Shown piece after piece: positions 63,116 to 64,000 of a stretch of 64,000 nucleotides of DNA. The position numbers were made by a program, and so were the translations under genes. The stretch comes from an uncultured Myxococcales bacterium (GTDB taxonomy: Bacteria > Myxococcota_A > Bradymonadia > UBA4248). Each line of letters begins with the position of its first letter. The first letter of the stretch is position 1. The stretch lies in NCBI GenBank assembly GCA_964454015.1, contig CAYVQF010000003.1:127057-191056 (forward strand), given 5' to 3'. The notes beneath the pieces were generated by a model. The model made no database searches. It was not told the DNA's origin and was given only the letters and a program-made list of their open reading frames with translations.

Positions 63116-63955
63116 ATGGCTAGTGATTTTCTCGATGCAGACGCGCTTTGCGCCGTCCTCGAGTGGGTGCGTGAGGCCGGTGCGATGGCGCGAGGCTTTC
63201 GCCAGAGCGGCGCGTATTCCGTGGTGGAGAAGGGCGGCGGTGCCGGTCCGGTGACCGAGGCCGACGAGGCGATCAGCGCCTTTCTCATGCAAGCCCTGCA
63301 GGGGGCCTTTCCAAAAGACACGGTGGTCAGCGAGGAGAGCCCCGCTGCGACCCAGTGGCAGCGGCGCACTTGGCTCATCGATCCCATTGACGGCACCCTG
63401 GATTTCGTCCGCGGTGGGGAGGAATTCGCCGTCATGGTGGGGCTGGTGGTGGCGGGCGCGCCGCGCTTCGGGGTGGTCTATCAACCCATGCTGCATCGCC
63501 TCTATTGGGGTGGCGCTGGCTTGGGGGCGTGGTGCGCGACGCCAAGTGGCACCGTGGCGCTGCGGGTTTCGACCTGCGCTGACTTGTCGGCTGCGGTGAT
63601 GGTGAAATCGCGGCACCACCCCAGCAGCGCCGTCGACGACTTGGGTGCCGAGCTCGGCATCGCGAGGGTGCAAGAGATGGGTTCCATGGGGCTCAAGGTC
63701 GCCGCCGTGGCCGAGGGGCGGGCCGATGTCTATGTGAACCTGTCGGGCAAGTCCTCGCTGTGGGATGTGGCCGGTCCGCAGGCCATTCTCGAGGCGGCAG
63801 GCGGTCGGCTCAGCGGCTTGGAGGCAGGGACCCCGGCCTACGTGCCGGCGCCGCTGGCGATAGCGCACCCGGTGGTGGCGAGCAATGGCCAAGTGCATGA
63901 CCAGGTTCAGCGCGGCGTGGCTCGCGTTTTCGGTCGCAGCGGGGGCTTGCGCTGA
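63116..63955 (+). CDS. inositol-monophosphatase/CysQ family 3'(2'),5'-bisphosphate nucleotidase-like phosphatase
   Basis: Family motifs EES...WLIDPIDGTLDFVRG and WDVAGPQAILEAAGG. GGAGG RBS 6 nt upstream of the ATG. Confidence 0.8.
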   Translation: MASDFLDADALCAVLEWVREAGAMARGFRQSGAYSVVEKGGGAGPVTEADEAISAFLMQALQGAFPKDTVVSEESPAATQWQRRTWLIDPIDGTLDFVRGGEEFAVMVGLVVAGAPRFGVVYQPMLHRLYWGGAGLGAWCATPSGTVALRVSTCADLSAAVMVKSRHHPSSAVDDLGAELGIARVQEMGSMGLKVAAVAEGRADVYVNLSGKSSLWDVAGPQAILEAAGGRLSGLEAGTPAYVPAPLAIAHPVVASNGQVHDQVQRGVARVFGRSGGLR

Positions 63956-64000
63956 CTGGCAAGGGTGCTGGGGATCCACCTTCGCGGGAGCAGCGCCCGG

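Noticed and set aside
58712-63254. 993-aa and 566-aa plus-strand ORFs
   Set aside because: Antisense to the PHP lipoprotein and the porin. G/D/E/V-rich with no signal or motif. The minus-strand frames have a signal peptide, lipobox, PHP motifs and barrel pattern.
62993-63979. 328-aa minus-strand ORF
   Set aside because: Antisense to the inositol-monophosphatase/CysQ gene, whose family motifs are clear on the plus strand.

Overview
This is a high-GC (about 62-65%) chromosomal segment. The gene content (serine/threonine kinases, FHA proteins, a sigma-54 enhancer-binding protein, an ECF sigma factor, many lipoproteins and several giant proteins) suggests a myxobacterium or a similar complex deltaproteobacterium. 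I found no CRISPR array, rRNA, transposase, integrase or other mobile element. Housekeeping genes are present: rodZ, map, an S1-domain protein, tRNA-Pro, the yceD-rpmF pair, ilvE, selB, a formiminotransferase-cyclodeaminase and a cysQ-like phosphatase. They are interleaved with a dense signalling set: two intact Hanks-type Ser/Thr kinases, two pseudokinases (one fused to a zinc ribbon and a PP2C phosphatase), two FHA-domain proteins, a BatA-like vWA protein, an ECF sigma operon, a sigma-54 activator and a degenerate HD-GYP-like protein. The strongest candidates for something undescribed are three large proteins. The first is a 1745-aa protein with one MoxR/dynein-type AAA+ module near its C-terminus, preceded by a beta-rich domain and about 800 aa of helical sequence (28919..34156, minus strand). 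The second is a 1404-aa secreted lipoprotein carrying EGF-like cysteine repeats, a PHP metallo-phosphoesterase domain and a TSP3-like calcium-binding motif, encoded next to a porin (57431..62903). The third is the zinc-ribbon/pseudokinase/PP2C fusion (50063..52315). Many six-frame ORFs are antisense or alternate-frame artefacts of the high GC content. Several real genes very likely start downstream of the ORF-track start, and the coordinates below are trimmed where a signal peptide or conserved N-terminus supports that.
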